64,000 bases of DNA from NCBI RefSeq assembly GCF_053078305.1, contig NZ_CP166879.1; one strand, given 5' to 3'. The first letter of the stretch is position 1, and each line of letters begins with the position of its first letter. The translations under genes and the position numbers were made by a program. Shown in pieces: positions 38,645 to 49,130 of this stretch. A model generated the notes under the pieces. It saw only the letters and a program-made list of their open reading frames with translations. It was not told the DNA's origin and made no database searches.

Positions 38645-39201
38645 TTACGGAAACCGAACAGGCATACATCGCCCGTATCCGTGAGTATTTCGGGAATGAA
38701 CTGGTGTCTGTTGACACGCATCCCGGCGACTGGAGCGACAGCGTACTGCGCACCATGCTGATTAACGCCCCGGCGATCTACGTTGCCTGGCTGGGTGCCG
38801 GTGAAGGCCGTACCCGTGGTCGTCTGGTCAGTCACTGGGTGTTCTACGTCATCGGCGACATGCTCAACGGGCGTGAGGCCAGCCGTCCCGGACTGTATCA
38901 GATTGTGGCCCGGCTGATTGCCGTGCTTAACGGCTTCAGAACAGAAAAAACCTCACCGCTTTACTTTGAAAAGGCGGTCAACGGTTACACCGAAACCCAG
39001 GCGGACAGTGGTGCGGTGATGTATGCGCTTTATTTCTCCTGCGAGGAAATGATCGCGCCACTGACGGATATCAGCTCGCTGGACGACTTCCTGCGTCATT
39101 ACGAAACCTTTGTGGAGCCGCCCGGTACGCCGCCGTTTGAGGCACATATTGATTTGCCGGGGAACACGACAACGGCGGTCGAACCGCCGGAGGAACTGTA
39201 A
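38641..39201 (+). CDS. Mu gp37-like protein
   Basis: 186 aa, synteny. Confidence 0.55.
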   Translation: MITETEQAYIARIREYFGNELVSVDTHPGDWSDSVLRTMLINAPAIYVAWLGAGEGRTRGRLVSHWVFYVIGDMLNGREASRPGLYQIVARLIAVLNGFRTEKTSPLYFEKAVNGYTETQADSGAVMYALYFSCEEMIAPLTDISSLDDFLRHYETFVEPPGTPPFEAHIDLPGNTTTAVEPPEEL

Positions 39202-39447
39202 ATGAAAACCATCTTTATCAAACCCGCGCCGGGACGCCTGATTCGTGATCCCGACACAATGCGCCCGCTGGCACAGGAGGGGGAGGAAAAGCCCTTCACG
39301 CCGTTCTGGTGTCGGCGTCTTGATGACGGCGATGTCATTCAGGCTGAAAAAGCCGCTGAAGAGGCTCCGGCTGTATCTGCGGATGCAACGACTGCGACAG
39401 AAAAACCGGTCGCCCAACCGGCATCCGATAAGGAGAAACCGCAATGA
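39202..39447 (+). CDS. hypothetical protein
   Basis: 81-aa ORF upstream of sheath. Confidence 0.4.
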   Translation: MKTIFIKPAPGRLIRDPDTMRPLAQEGEEKPFTPFWCRRLDDGDVIQAEKAAEEAPAVSADATTATEKPVAQPASDKEKPQ

Positions 39448-40946
39448 TTAATTTTGACGGGATCGGTAATGACCGCCGTATACCGCTGATTGAGGTTGAG
39501 TTTAATAACTCCATGGCTGTCACCGGCACCCCGGCACAGCGTCAGTGTGTACTGCTGTTTGGTCAGGCGAGAATGAAAGAGAATGCCGTGGACGGTACCG
39601 GTGTTCTGGATGTTCCGGTCAGGATCACCCGTGCGTCTCAGGCAACAGAACTCTGGGGGCGCGGCTCCATGATTGCCCTGATGGTGGCGGAATTTATCGC
39701 CATCAATCCTGATGCTGAACTGTATGCCATTGCTCAGGGGAATGGCACCGGACAGGCAACGGCTGCGGCCATGAATCTGACCGGAACGGTCACCCGTGAC
39801 GGGATTGTTTATGCCTGCGTGGGGGGGCGGCGTTATACACTCCCGGCACCAAAAGGTAAGAAAGGCAAAGAACTGACCGACGAGCTGGCCGCGCTGATCA
39901 ATGCCGATCCTGACGCGCCCTTCACGGCCTCCTCTGGTGCAGGAAGTGGTGATAATGGCGCAGGTCTGAAAGGGTCTCTGGGGATCACCGCCCGCTTTAC
40001 CGGTGAATGCTCCGTGCATGATGTGCGCCTGAACTATCACGACGGGGAAGCAACCCCGGAAGGAATACAGGTCGCTATAGCCTATCCGAAACAAAAAGCG
40101 GCTAACCCGGATATCACCCGAAGCGTGGCGGGTATGGGCGATCGCCAGTACAACTATGTCGTCATGCCCTATAAGGATGATGCAAACCTGAAAATCATCA
40201 GTGATGAGCTTCTGAAACGCTGGGGACCGGCCAAAATGTCTGACGGCGTGCTGTGGCTGGCACATACCGGCACGTTTGGTGAGGTGCAGGCATTCGGGGC
40301 AAAACGCAATGATTTTCTGGCGACCTGCACATCCATTCCCAAAGCCCCTGAACCGGATTACCTCTGGGCCGCGGCGGTCTGCGCCACCTGTGCACCCTCT
40401 CTGGGAGCAGATCCTGCGCGTCCGCTTCAGACGCTGGCGCTTCCGTCACGCATGGCCCCGGCTCCGGCCGATCGTCTGACGCGTGAAGAGCGTAACAGTC
40501 TGCTGTGGGGAGGGATTGCCTCGGTCAGTGTGGCTGCCGGTGATGTGGTTCAGATCGAACGTCAGGTGACCATGTATCGCCAGAACGTGTACGGCGAAAG
40601 TGATCCCAGCTATCTGGATGTGGAAACCATCTACACCCTCTCCTGGCTGCGTTATTCCCTGCGTACTTTTATCACACAACGTTTTCCGCGCCATAAACTG
40701 GCTGATGACGGGACGCCCGTTCGTGCCGGTCAGAATATCGTGACGCCGGAGATCATGAAGCTTCAGTTAATTTCGCTGGGTGAAGAGTGGGTGGAACTCG
40801 GGCTGGTCGAAAATCTGGACACCTTTAAAAAGAATCTGCTTGTGGAGCGTAATGCGTCAGATCGAAACCGTCTTGACGTGTTATGCACGCCGGATCTGGT
40901 TAACCAGTTCCGCTTCCTGGCAGCACAGATCCGTTTCATTTTGTGA
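39444..40946 (+). CDS. contractile tail sheath protein (Mu L-like)
   Basis: 500 aa, followed by tube gene. Confidence 0.8.
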   Translation: MINFDGIGNDRRIPLIEVEFNNSMAVTGTPAQRQCVLLFGQARMKENAVDGTGVLDVPVRITRASQATELWGRGSMIALMVAEFIAINPDAELYAIAQGNGTGQATAAAMNLTGTVTRDGIVYACVGGRRYTLPAPKGKKGKELTDELAALINADPDAPFTASSGAGSGDNGAGLKGSLGITARFTGECSVHDVRLNYHDGEATPEGIQVAIAYPKQKAANPDITRSVAGMGDRQYNYVVMPYKDDANLKIISDELLKRWGPAKMSDGVLWLAHTGTFGEVQAFGAKRNDFLATCTSIPKAPEPDYLWAAAVCATCAPSLGADPARPLQTLALPSRMAPAPADRLTREERNSLLWGGIASVSVAAGDVVQIERQVTMYRQNVYGESDPSYLDVETIYTLSWLRYSLRTFITQRFPRHKLADDGTPVRAGQNIVTPEIMKLQLISLGEEWVELGLVENLDTFKKNLLVERNASDRNRLDVLCTPDLVNQFRFLAAQIRFIL

Positions 40947-40954
40947 GGTAACGC

Positions 40955-41320
40955 ATGAGCGGAAAACAGTATCAGGGCACGGCCACTATCCGTGTGAACG
41001 GTCAGGAATACGAGACGCTTGAGGGGGCTACATTTTCTCCGTCAGGTTTTGAACGTGAAGTGGTGAAAGGCGCGAAAGTCTATGGTTACCGCCAGAAACC
41101 ACGTGAAGCGACGCTGGACTGCAAATTTCCGGCAGGCGGAGAAGGCTCACCAGCCGCTGATGAAATCAACAACTGGACTGCGGTCACCATCGAGTTTGTG
41201 GCGGATACCGGCGAAGTCCACATGATGACGAAGGCCTGGAGCAGTGAACCGGCCTCGCTTGACGGTGGCGGGGAGATCTCCGTGAAGTTCGCCAGCGCCT
41301 CCAGTACCCGTGTTCAGTGA
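40955..41320 (+). CDS. tail tube protein (Mu M-like)
   Basis: 121 aa. Confidence 0.75.
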   Translation: MSGKQYQGTATIRVNGQEYETLEGATFSPSGFEREVVKGAKVYGYRQKPREATLDCKFPAGGEGSPAADEINNWTAVTIEFVADTGEVHMMTKAWSSEPASLDGGGEISVKFASASSTRVQ

Positions 41321-41811
41321 TCAGGAAAAATAAAATGACCACACGTAAGAAAAAAACGGCAGTTTCCGATGCCGCCGTGATGGAGGCAATCCGGGAAGCA
41401 CTTGAGGGGGCTGATCCACGCACTGCCGGGCTGACAGAGCAACTGGCAAAGGGATATGTGGATCTGCTTGATGGTCTGCCGTTTGGTGAGACCCGTGAAT
41501 ATCGTGTCACGTTCCGGGAACTGACTGCGAAAGACAGTATTGACGCAGAAGCAGAAGCCGAGCGCGTGGTGGAGACAAACAATGGCCCGATGCTGATAGC
41601 GTCTCCGTCGTTACGCGGTGTTGCACTGCTGCGCCGTCAGATTGCCGCAGTGGGAGACATTGAGGGTCCGTTGTCACCCCGTCAGATTGGGCGGTTAAGC
41701 GAGCGCGATCTCTCCCGCCTGATGGCAGCGGTCAGCCTGCTGGATACCGCGCTTGCCGGAAAGCTGGCTGCTGACCGGGGGCGATCAGGCGCAGTGTCGG
41801 GATCAGATTGA
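41317..41811 (+). CDS. tail assembly chaperone
   Basis: 164 aa before tape measure; overlapping alternative-frame ORF 41753-41935. Confidence 0.55.
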   Translation: MIRKNKMTTRKKKTAVSDAAVMEAIREALEGADPRTAGLTEQLAKGYVDLLDGLPFGETREYRVTFRELTAKDSIDAEAEAERVVETNNGPMLIASPSLRGVALLRRQIAAVGDIEGPLSPRQIGRLSERDLSRLMAAVSLLDTALAGKLAADRGRSGAVSGSD

Positions 41812-41937
41812 AGAAGCGGCAATTATCCTGGGGATGGTGACAAAAAGCGGCCCGGAATGGGCGCTTAACCTCCCCCTGTCGCAACTTTACCGGCACTGCC
41901 GACAGACAGAAAAAATCATCAGAACGAAGCAGTAAGT

Positions 41938-44013
41938 ATGGCCCGAAATCTCAGAGCATCTCTGATAGTTGATTTGCTCGGCAATATCTCAGCCAAATCC
42001 CGCCAGTGGTCTCAGGAGCTGGGGGCATTCTCACGCTCCGGCCAGGCGGGGCTGGGTGGTCTGGGAAATGCTGCCCGCCGTGCCGGGCAGGAAACAGATG
42101 TACTCGGAAGCAGGATGCAGCGCACGCTGGCCGGGGTGCGGGGCAGTATCCGCCATGTCACTTCTGATTTTGACCGTCTTCAGGGCAGTATTACCGGCAC
42201 CATCGGGCGGATCAGCAATCTTTACGGAATGCTGGCCGGTGGTGCTGCTGTATATGGCTTTAACCGGGGATTTATTCGCCCGGCAGCGGAGATGGAAACC
42301 TATATGATTCGCCTGAACTCCCTTTACAAAGGGGATCGGGCGAAAACGGATGATGTCCGCAGGTGGGCAATACAGAATGCGAAGGAAACCACCTGGGGGC
42401 TGGCTGGCGTCATGCAGGAATATACGTCCAGTCTGGGCTTTGGTATGAGTGACAGGGAGGCCCGAAATTTTGTCACCATGCTTCAGGATCAGGGTGCCGT
42501 GGGCGGCTGGTCACTGTCCGATGCACAGGGGGCATCCCTGCAACTGAAACAGATGTATGCAAGAGGCAGTATTCAGGCGGCGGATGCAAATATTCTTGCC
42601 ACCTACGGCATTAATGCCTACCGCGTGCTGGCTGATCGTCTGGGTGTGGACCAGAAAGTGGTCAGAAAACTTGGTGAAAAAGGGCTGCTTGGGCCGGACA
42701 GTATTCGCCTGTTATTTCAGACGCTGGCGGAACAGGCCAGGGGAGCACAAAAGGACGCAATGAATTCCTGGAGTGGCCTGACGGCCATGATGGGTGACGT
42801 CTGGGACCAGTTTGCCCGGGATGTGATGGACAGTGGGCCATTTGAAAAACTGAAGGGTAATCTCAGGGGATTTCTTTCATGGGTTGACAGTGCCAAATCT
42901 GATGGCAGTTACCATTCCCTGGCGGAAAGCACGGCATCAGCCATGAACCAGGGCTTTGAGTATGCCCGTGATGCAGTGACAGGGTTTTATCAGGCGATCA
43001 GAAAGGTACGCGACACGCTTCAGGCTCTGCGGGATGCGGGCTATGGTGATGCGCTGGATCGCATTGGTCAGGGGGCACAGACTGCCGCGAAATACCTGCT
43101 GTACATGTATCTCGCCACCCGTGCCCTGAAAATGGCGCGGGCTGTCGGAACGGGGATTATACGTCCGGGTGCTGCATTGCTGGGATACGGATTATCAGCG
43201 GCGGCCTTCCTGACTTCACCTTTCCGGCGCTCTCCTCCGGCCGGAACACCACCAGGCACATCTCAGGGACGAGGGCAACGTTTTATGAACTTTCTTACCG
43301 GGGTAAATCCGGCAGCCGTTCAGCCAGTGCTTGTAACAAACTGGCCCGCAGGAGGACTGTCCGGCACCGGCGCGACCGATACATCCTCAGGCGGACGTCA
43401 GGGACGGGGCCGCAGGAAACGCGGACCGGGGCGCGGAAGACCGGTCACGCCTCCCCTGCCACCGTCCCCTGTACCACCGTCGCCCTCTTCTGGTGGGTCA
43501 GGGTTCTGGGGGCGCATGATGGGGCGCGCCGGTGGGTTGCTTTCGTCTGCCGGTAACCGCATGGGACTGGGGCGTTTCTCCGGCTTTTTCCGCAGTGCCG
43601 GTGGACTGGCTGGACGGCTGGGTGGCGGTGCCCTGTGGGCTGGCGCGATGGCAGCCCCGGTTCTGCTGGATGGCAGCGCCAGTATCACAGACAAGGGAGA
43701 AGCGGTCGGCTCTCTTGCAGGCAGTATTGCCGGTGGTGCGCTGGGGGCGGCAGCCGGACCTGTGGGGATTGCCATTGGTTCTACGGTGGGCAGCTATCTC
43801 GGTAACTATCTGGGGGGGTGGCTGACTGAAGCCTGGCAGAAATTACGGGGCAGTGATAATGAAAGCAGTGGACAGGCGGTACAAAAAGCCTCTGCCCGTG
43901 TGGAGCTGGTTGCCCCGGAAGGGTGGCAGGCTCGCAGTATTGATATTGATGACACGTCCGGTCACGGACTGGATGTGAATGTCTGGAACGGAGGGAATTA
44001 TGGCCTCTGGTGA
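41938..44013 (+). CDS. tail tape measure protein
   Basis: 691 aa, Gly-rich C-terminal segments. Confidence 0.75.
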   Translation: MARNLRASLIVDLLGNISAKSRQWSQELGAFSRSGQAGLGGLGNAARRAGQETDVLGSRMQRTLAGVRGSIRHVTSDFDRLQGSITGTIGRISNLYGMLAGGAAVYGFNRGFIRPAAEMETYMIRLNSLYKGDRAKTDDVRRWAIQNAKETTWGLAGVMQEYTSSLGFGMSDREARNFVTMLQDQGAVGGWSLSDAQGASLQLKQMYARGSIQAADANILATYGINAYRVLADRLGVDQKVVRKLGEKGLLGPDSIRLLFQTLAEQARGAQKDAMNSWSGLTAMMGDVWDQFARDVMDSGPFEKLKGNLRGFLSWVDSAKSDGSYHSLAESTASAMNQGFEYARDAVTGFYQAIRKVRDTLQALRDAGYGDALDRIGQGAQTAAKYLLYMYLATRALKMARAVGTGIIRPGAALLGYGLSAAAFLTSPFRRSPPAGTPPGTSQGRGQRFMNFLTGVNPAAVQPVLVTNWPAGGLSGTGATDTSSGGRQGRGRRKRGPGRGRPVTPPLPPSPVPPSPSSGGSGFWGRMMGRAGGLLSSAGNRMGLGRFSGFFRSAGGLAGRLGGGALWAGAMAAPVLLDGSASITDKGEAVGSLAGSIAGGALGAAAGPVGIAIGSTVGSYLGNYLGGWLTEAWQKLRGSDNESSGQAVQKASARVELVAPEGWQARSIDIDDTSGHGLDVNVWNGGNYGLW

Positions 44014-45349
44014 CGGTCGTGGTGCGTTCCGTGGTGTGCCGTTCCTCGTCTGGCGTGAGCAGCGCGAACGTGGCGGGCGAAACATTGTCCGTCGGGAATA
44101 TCCGTTACGGGAAACCGGTGGAGCAGACGATCTGGGACCTAAACTGGCTGAATTTACGTTCAGTGTACTTGTGATGGGGGATGATGTTCAGACGCAGCGA
44201 AATCGTCTGCGTGATGCCCTTCGTGCTCCCGGTGCCGGGGAGCTGCTTCACCCGGATTACGGCACGTTAAATGTGCTGATAAACAGCTTTGAAAGTCGTT
44301 ATAACGCCGCTGAACAGGGCGTGGTTGAGTTCACCATTAATGTCACGCCGGTAAGTGATGATACCGCACCTGCTGTCACACAGGACACGGCCGCCATTCT
44401 GGAGCAGAAGAGTACCACCGCGCTCGGGCAGGTTTTTGAAACCCTGGAAGCGGGCTGGACGGTGATTTCTGACGGAATGCACGATGTCCAGGCAATGACC
44501 GAAACCATCAGCGATAAGGTGTCCGCCCTGGAAAATGCCGTTTCCGGCATGGGGATTGTGCAGGATATCAGTGCCTTTACTGCCACGTTCACGGCGCTGA
44601 AAGGGAATGCCACGGCATTACTGACAGCACCTTCCCGCATGGCCTCATCTTTTGCGGGGCTTTTCAGTGCCCTGATCACCCTGCCATCGCTGCCGTCACT
44701 GTCTTCAGGAGGCCTGAATACCCGGCCCGGTGGCAGTATCGGCCGGACGACATCCGCCGTCTATCAGGGAATGCCGCAACTGTACAGGACATTATCTTCC
44801 CTGCGTTACGTGCTGGATGAGCAGGATAATCCGCAGACTCTCATCGGTCTGACACCGGCAGCACAAAAGAATATTCGTCTGATACGGGCGGTAATGCAGA
44901 GTGCTGCCGTGGTGGCCCAGGCACAGACCGTGGGAAAACTGCTGGATCAGGTTCTCAGTCAGGAAACCCTGCCGGATAGTGACGCAGCCCACCGTACCTG
45001 GCCTGTCTGGCTGGAAAGTTCAGTCGATCTTCAGCGCATTAACCGTGACTTAAGCGAAGCGCTCGAACGGCAGGTGATGACACTGTCCGGGCAGGGGTAT
45101 ACCGCCACGGCGCTGACGCTTCGTGATGCCAGACTGGCACTGACAGAGGATCTGAATACACGGGGAGTTCAGCTACCCGGTGCAACAGTAGTGACTGTAC
45201 GTACCACCGAGCCTGCACTGGTGACCCTGTACCGTGCCACCGGGAACAGTACCGGCTGGCAACGTTTTGTGCGCCGTAACGGTATTGTTGATCCGCTGTT
45301 CATTCCCGGAGGCCATTCAGTGGAGGTGATTAGTGAGCAGCAGGGTTGA
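43979..45349 (+). CDS. DNA circularization protein N-like
   Basis: 456 aa, synteny after tape measure. Confidence 0.65.
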   Translation: MSGTEGIMASGDGRGAFRGVPFLVWREQRERGGRNIVRREYPLRETGGADDLGPKLAEFTFSVLVMGDDVQTQRNRLRDALRAPGAGELLHPDYGTLNVLINSFESRYNAAEQGVVEFTINVTPVSDDTAPAVTQDTAAILEQKSTTALGQVFETLEAGWTVISDGMHDVQAMTETISDKVSALENAVSGMGIVQDISAFTATFTALKGNATALLTAPSRMASSFAGLFSALITLPSLPSLSSGGLNTRPGGSIGRTTSAVYQGMPQLYRTLSSLRYVLDEQDNPQTLIGLTPAAQKNIRLIRAVMQSAAVVAQAQTVGKLLDQVLSQETLPDSDAAHRTWPVWLESSVDLQRINRDLSEALERQVMTLSGQGYTATALTLRDARLALTEDLNTRGVQLPGATVVTVRTTEPALVTLYRATGNSTGWQRFVRRNGIVDPLFIPGGHSVEVISEQQG

Positions 45350-46466
45350 ACTGTATCTGGGCGGTGAGATTTTTTCCGGCTGGCTGACGGTGAGTGTTCG
45401 TCGCTCTCTTGAACATCTGGCGGGCTCCTTTGAACTGGGGGTAATGATGCCCGGTGTACGCCTTCCGTCATCCGTCCGTGCCGGTCAGTCTCTGGAATTG
45501 CGCATTGACGGTCAGCCTGTGATCACCGGCTGGCTGGATCAGGTCCGGCAGCGCATCAGCGCCACGCGTTTTCAGATCACGCTCAGCGGACGGGATAAAA
45601 CCGGTGACCTGGTGGACTGTTCAGCCATTCATCCGGGCAGCCAGTGGAGGAACCGTACGCTGGAGCACATTGCTTCAGATTTGTGTGCTCCGTTCGGGGT
45701 CACGGTGCGCTGGCAGGTAAATGATGCAACGGCAGCCCGGCCCTTTTCCACCTTCACACTGGAAAACTCAGAAACCGTGGCAGATGCGCTGACACGGGCC
45801 GCGAGACACAGAGGCGTCCTGGTAACCAGTAATGCCGCCGGTGAACTGGTTTTCACTCAGGCCGGCAGTCAGCGTGGCGACACGCTGACGCTGGGCGAAA
45901 ATCTGCTGGATTTGGATCACAACGTGGATCACCGTCTGCGCCACAGTGAATACCGTGTACGGGGGCACGGGCGTGGTGGTGGTCATGCCGGGGATGCACT
46001 GACAGCCGGAACGCTGGCCGCACCCGTTGGTACGGTGACAGACAGTGCCATCCACCGTTACAGACCGAAAATTGTGCTGGCGGATCATGCTGTTGATGCA
46101 GACGGTGCACGCCAGAGGGCTGTCCGGGAAATGCGCCGGGCGGTTGCCCGCTCTGTGCGCCTGACAGCCACCGTGCGGCACTGGTTTCGGGAGAACGGCC
46201 AGTTGTGGGATATCAACCTGCTGACGGCTGTCACGGCTCCCCGCACCGGAGTGGAAGAGCGTGATCTTCTTGTCTGTCAGGTGGAGTTTTCGCTGGATGC
46301 AAATCACGGCGAAACCACCCGTCTGATTCTGGCACCCCGTGACGGCTTTATTGTTCCGGCAGAGCCGGACAGCCGGGGAAACAGCGGAAGCGGAAATGCG
46401 GGTGATGTGGACGCCTTCGTGCGGGCACAGATGAAAAAACAGGGGATTAAATTCAATGATGAATGA
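45333..46466 (+). CDS. baseplate protein (Mu P-like)
   Basis: 377 aa. Confidence 0.65.
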   Translation: MSSRVELYLGGEIFSGWLTVSVRRSLEHLAGSFELGVMMPGVRLPSSVRAGQSLELRIDGQPVITGWLDQVRQRISATRFQITLSGRDKTGDLVDCSAIHPGSQWRNRTLEHIASDLCAPFGVTVRWQVNDATAARPFSTFTLENSETVADALTRAARHRGVLVTSNAAGELVFTQAGSQRGDTLTLGENLLDLDHNVDHRLRHSEYRVRGHGRGGGHAGDALTAGTLAAPVGTVTDSAIHRYRPKIVLADHAVDADGARQRAVREMRRAVARSVRLTATVRHWFRENGQLWDINLLTAVTAPRTGVEERDLLVCQVEFSLDANHGETTRLILAPRDGFIVPAEPDSRGNSGSGNAGDVDAFVRAQMKKQGIKFNDE

Positions 46467-47070
46467 CGAAGTCATCAGCCGCCTTCTGGCCCCCGTGATG
46501 CGGGGTGTTCGTCTGCTGTTCGGGCGTGGTGTACTGACCGGCACAACGGACACGCTGAAAATCCAGAATGTGCAAATCACCGGTATGGATGGTGAAACCT
46601 TTGATGACGTTGAGCGCCCCCAGCAGTACGGGCAAATCAGCGTCCCCCTGCCTGGTGCGGAAGTTTTTCTGGCCTGTGCTGGTGGACAACGGGATCAGGC
46701 CGTGGTGCTTGTGGTGGAAGACCGCCGCAGTCGCCCGACCGGACTTACCGCCGGAGATACCGGCGTGTATCACCATGAGGGGCACCGTATACGTCTGACA
46801 AAGAACGGCCGGATCATTGTGACCTGTAAGACGCTGGAGATTTACGCCGATGAAGGAGTTCAGGTGGATACACCGGAGGCTCACTTTACCGGTAATGTCA
46901 CAGTGGATAAGAACCTGCATGTCAAAGGCAATGTGTCCATTGACGGCACCGGAAGATCACAGGGGACGTTCACGATGTCCGAAGCGGTTATTGCCGGGAT
47001 CACCTATTCAGGTCATGTGCATCACGATAACGGTGAAGGCAGCAAAACGGGAGGACCAGAGAATGGCTGA
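46456..47070 (+). CDS. baseplate assembly protein V / spike (Mu gp45-like)
   Basis: 204 aa. Confidence 0.65.
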   Translation: MMNDEVISRLLAPVMRGVRLLFGRGVLTGTTDTLKIQNVQITGMDGETFDDVERPQQYGQISVPLPGAEVFLACAGGQRDQAVVLVVEDRRSRPTGLTAGDTGVYHHEGHRIRLTKNGRIIVTCKTLEIYADEGVQVDTPEAHFTGNVTVDKNLHVKGNVSIDGTGRSQGTFTMSEAVIAGITYSGHVHHDNGEGSKTGGPENG

Positions 47071-47500
47071 TATTGCTGTCGTCTGGGATCAGGGTTGTGG
47101 TTCCCTGCAACTGAACGGCGCAGATCTTCTGACGGATAACAGCCTGCTGACTGCGGTCATTATTTCACTGTTTACGGACAGGCGGGCGCTGGATTCCGAT
47201 GAAATCCCTGACGGCACCCGTGACCGTCGGGGATGGTGGGGAGACAGTTTCCGGGAGCGCCCCATTGGCTCCCGTCTCTGGCTGTTAAGCCGTGAAAAGA
47301 CGCTGTCCTCCGTGGTCAGCCGTGCACAGGCCTATGCTGATGAAGCGCTGGCGTGGCTGCATAAAAGCGGTGCTGCCACATCCGTGGTATGTCATGCCAT
47401 GCGTGTGGGGCATGATCGCCTTTCGCTTTCCGTGAAAATCACCCTGCCGGACGGAAGCAGACATCCGATGATTTTTTATGCTGATATGAAGGGGGAATGA
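47063..47500 (+). CDS. Mu gp46-like baseplate protein
   Basis: ATG at 47063 overlapping previous stop. Confidence 0.55.
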   Translation: MADIAVVWDQGCGSLQLNGADLLTDNSLLTAVIISLFTDRRALDSDEIPDGTRDRRGWWGDSFRERPIGSRLWLLSREKTLSSVVSRAQAYADEALAWLHKSGAATSVVCHAMRVGHDRLSLSVKITLPDGSRHPMIFYADMKGE

Positions 47501-48582
47501 TGCCTTATCAGCCCTTACCACTGGCGCAACTGATCACACAGACACAACAGGATATCAGCCAGCGCCTGCCCGGTTCGCAGCCGGGCGTGAATGAAACCAC
47601 CCTGAATGCCATTGCGTATGCACTGGCGGGTCTGTCAGCACAGGAGCATGAACATCTGGCCTGGATCTCCCGGCAGATAATTCCGACAGAAGCTGATGAA
47701 GCCGAACTCCTGAAACACTGCGCATTCTGGGGTGTCATCCGTAAACCGGCTTCCCGCGCTGACGGACCGGTACAACTGATGCTGACCACGGATGCAGGGA
47801 TCACGGAAGGCGTACTCCTTCAGCGAAGCGATGGTGTTGTGTACCGCATCACCGGCTCTGCGACCGGAAAAGCCGGAACACTGAATGTTAATGTGGAGGC
47901 GGAAAGTGCGGGGCGCGCTGGAAATACCCCGACCGGAACCCGCCTGTCCTTTATCACGCCACAGGCGGGCATCAACCAGACAGCCACGGTCACCGGCACG
48001 GGACTCACCGGTGGTGCGGATGTGGAAACGGTGCCGGAGTTGCTGTCCAGGCTGGTATTCCGGGTACAGAACCCGCCATCAGGGGGAACACAGTATGATT
48101 TTGAACGCTGGGCACGGGAAGTACCGGGCGTGACGCGGGCATGGTGTAAGCCTGAATGGCCTGAGGCGGGTAGTGTTGGTGTGACTTTTGTTCAGGATAA
48201 TAACCCTGACATTTTCCCCGGAGAAGGTGATGTGAAGCGGGTGGCGGATTATATCCGCAGTCATGATGATCCGGCGACGGGCCAGCCCGTTGGTCAGCCA
48301 CTTGGGCCGACAATCAGCGTGTTTAAGCTGACCAATAAGTCGGTGGCGTTTGAGATCAGGATTGTACCCAAAACGCCGGAAAATCAGGCTGCCGTAAAAC
48401 AGGCATTAACGGACCTGCTTTATAACGAATCGCGGCCGGGTGGACTTGTATTGCCTTCATCATTCTGGCGGGCTGTTGCAGGGGTGAAAGGACTGGAGGA
48501 TTTTGAAGTTCGCAGTCCGCTGAAGTCCGTGATGGCCGGAGATACAGAGTTGCTGACCGTGGGGGAAATCACATGGCTGTAA
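47497..48582 (+). CDS. baseplate J-like protein (Mu gp47-like)
   Basis: 361 aa. Confidence 0.65.
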   Translation: MMPYQPLPLAQLITQTQQDISQRLPGSQPGVNETTLNAIAYALAGLSAQEHEHLAWISRQIIPTEADEAELLKHCAFWGVIRKPASRADGPVQLMLTTDAGITEGVLLQRSDGVVYRITGSATGKAGTLNVNVEAESAGRAGNTPTGTRLSFITPQAGINQTATVTGTGLTGGADVETVPELLSRLVFRVQNPPSGGTQYDFERWAREVPGVTRAWCKPEWPEAGSVGVTFVQDNNPDIFPGEGDVKRVADYIRSHDDPATGQPVGQPLGPTISVFKLTNKSVAFEIRIVPKTPENQAAVKQALTDLLYNESRPGGLVLPSSFWRAVAGVKGLEDFEVRSPLKSVMAGDTELLTVGEITWL

Positions 48583-49130
48583 CCCTGACCCCGCATCAGC
48601 GCGCCCTGTTGCAGTTGCTGCCTGACGGGCTGGCATGGGATAAGCGGCCGTCATCCGTTCTTGCAGCTTTGTGCCTGGGCCTCAGTCATTCCACGGAGCG
48701 TGTTTCCTGGACCGGTAACCAGATGCTGGCAGAACGTTTTCCTGATTCATCCCGTCTGCTGCTGGAAGACTGGGAGCGTTATCTGGGGTTGCCGGAATGT
48801 GATATGACCGGCGCAACCATTCAGGAACGTCAGCGTTATGCCGGGAATAAATACCGGATGAAACCCTCTCTTAACCGTGAATTTTATATCCGGTTTGCGG
48901 CTGAGTTTGGTTATGAAATAGATATCCAGCCATCACCGGAATCACAATGGATCAGTATTGTGACAGTGAAGACGGCGGTGGGATACCGTCACATGAATGT
49001 ACTGGACGATATTCTTACACCACTGCGAATTTATGATGCAAGTGCGCTGGAGTGCATTTTAAACCGTTATAAGCCAGCCTGGCAGACGTTTTTATATCTG
49101 TACGAAAACAGTCATGAGGAGACGGAGTAA
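48573..49130 (+). CDS. tail protein (Mu gp48-like)
   Basis: 185 aa. Confidence 0.55.
   Translation: MAVTLTPHQRALLQLLPDGLAWDKRPSSVLAALCLGLSHSTERVSWTGNQMLAERFPDSSRLLLEDWERYLGLPECDMTGATIQERQRYAGNKYRMKPSLNREFYIRFAAEFGYEIDIQPSPESQWISIVTVKTAVGYRHMNVLDDILTPLRIYDASALECILNRYKPAWQTFLYLYENSHEETE

Noticed and set aside
39339-40265. 308-aa minus-strand ORF inside the Mu-like tail sheath gene
   Set aside because: Antisense to a conserved structural gene; Cys/Arg/Gly-rich translation.
41753-41935. 60-aa ORF as frameshift extension of the Mu-like tail chaperone
   Set aside because: Lies in the +1 rather than -1 frame relative to the chaperone and no slippery site was identified; left unannotated.
45768-46580. 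270-aa minus-strand ORF opposite baseplate genes
   Set aside because: Antisense to syntenic baseplate genes, no start context.
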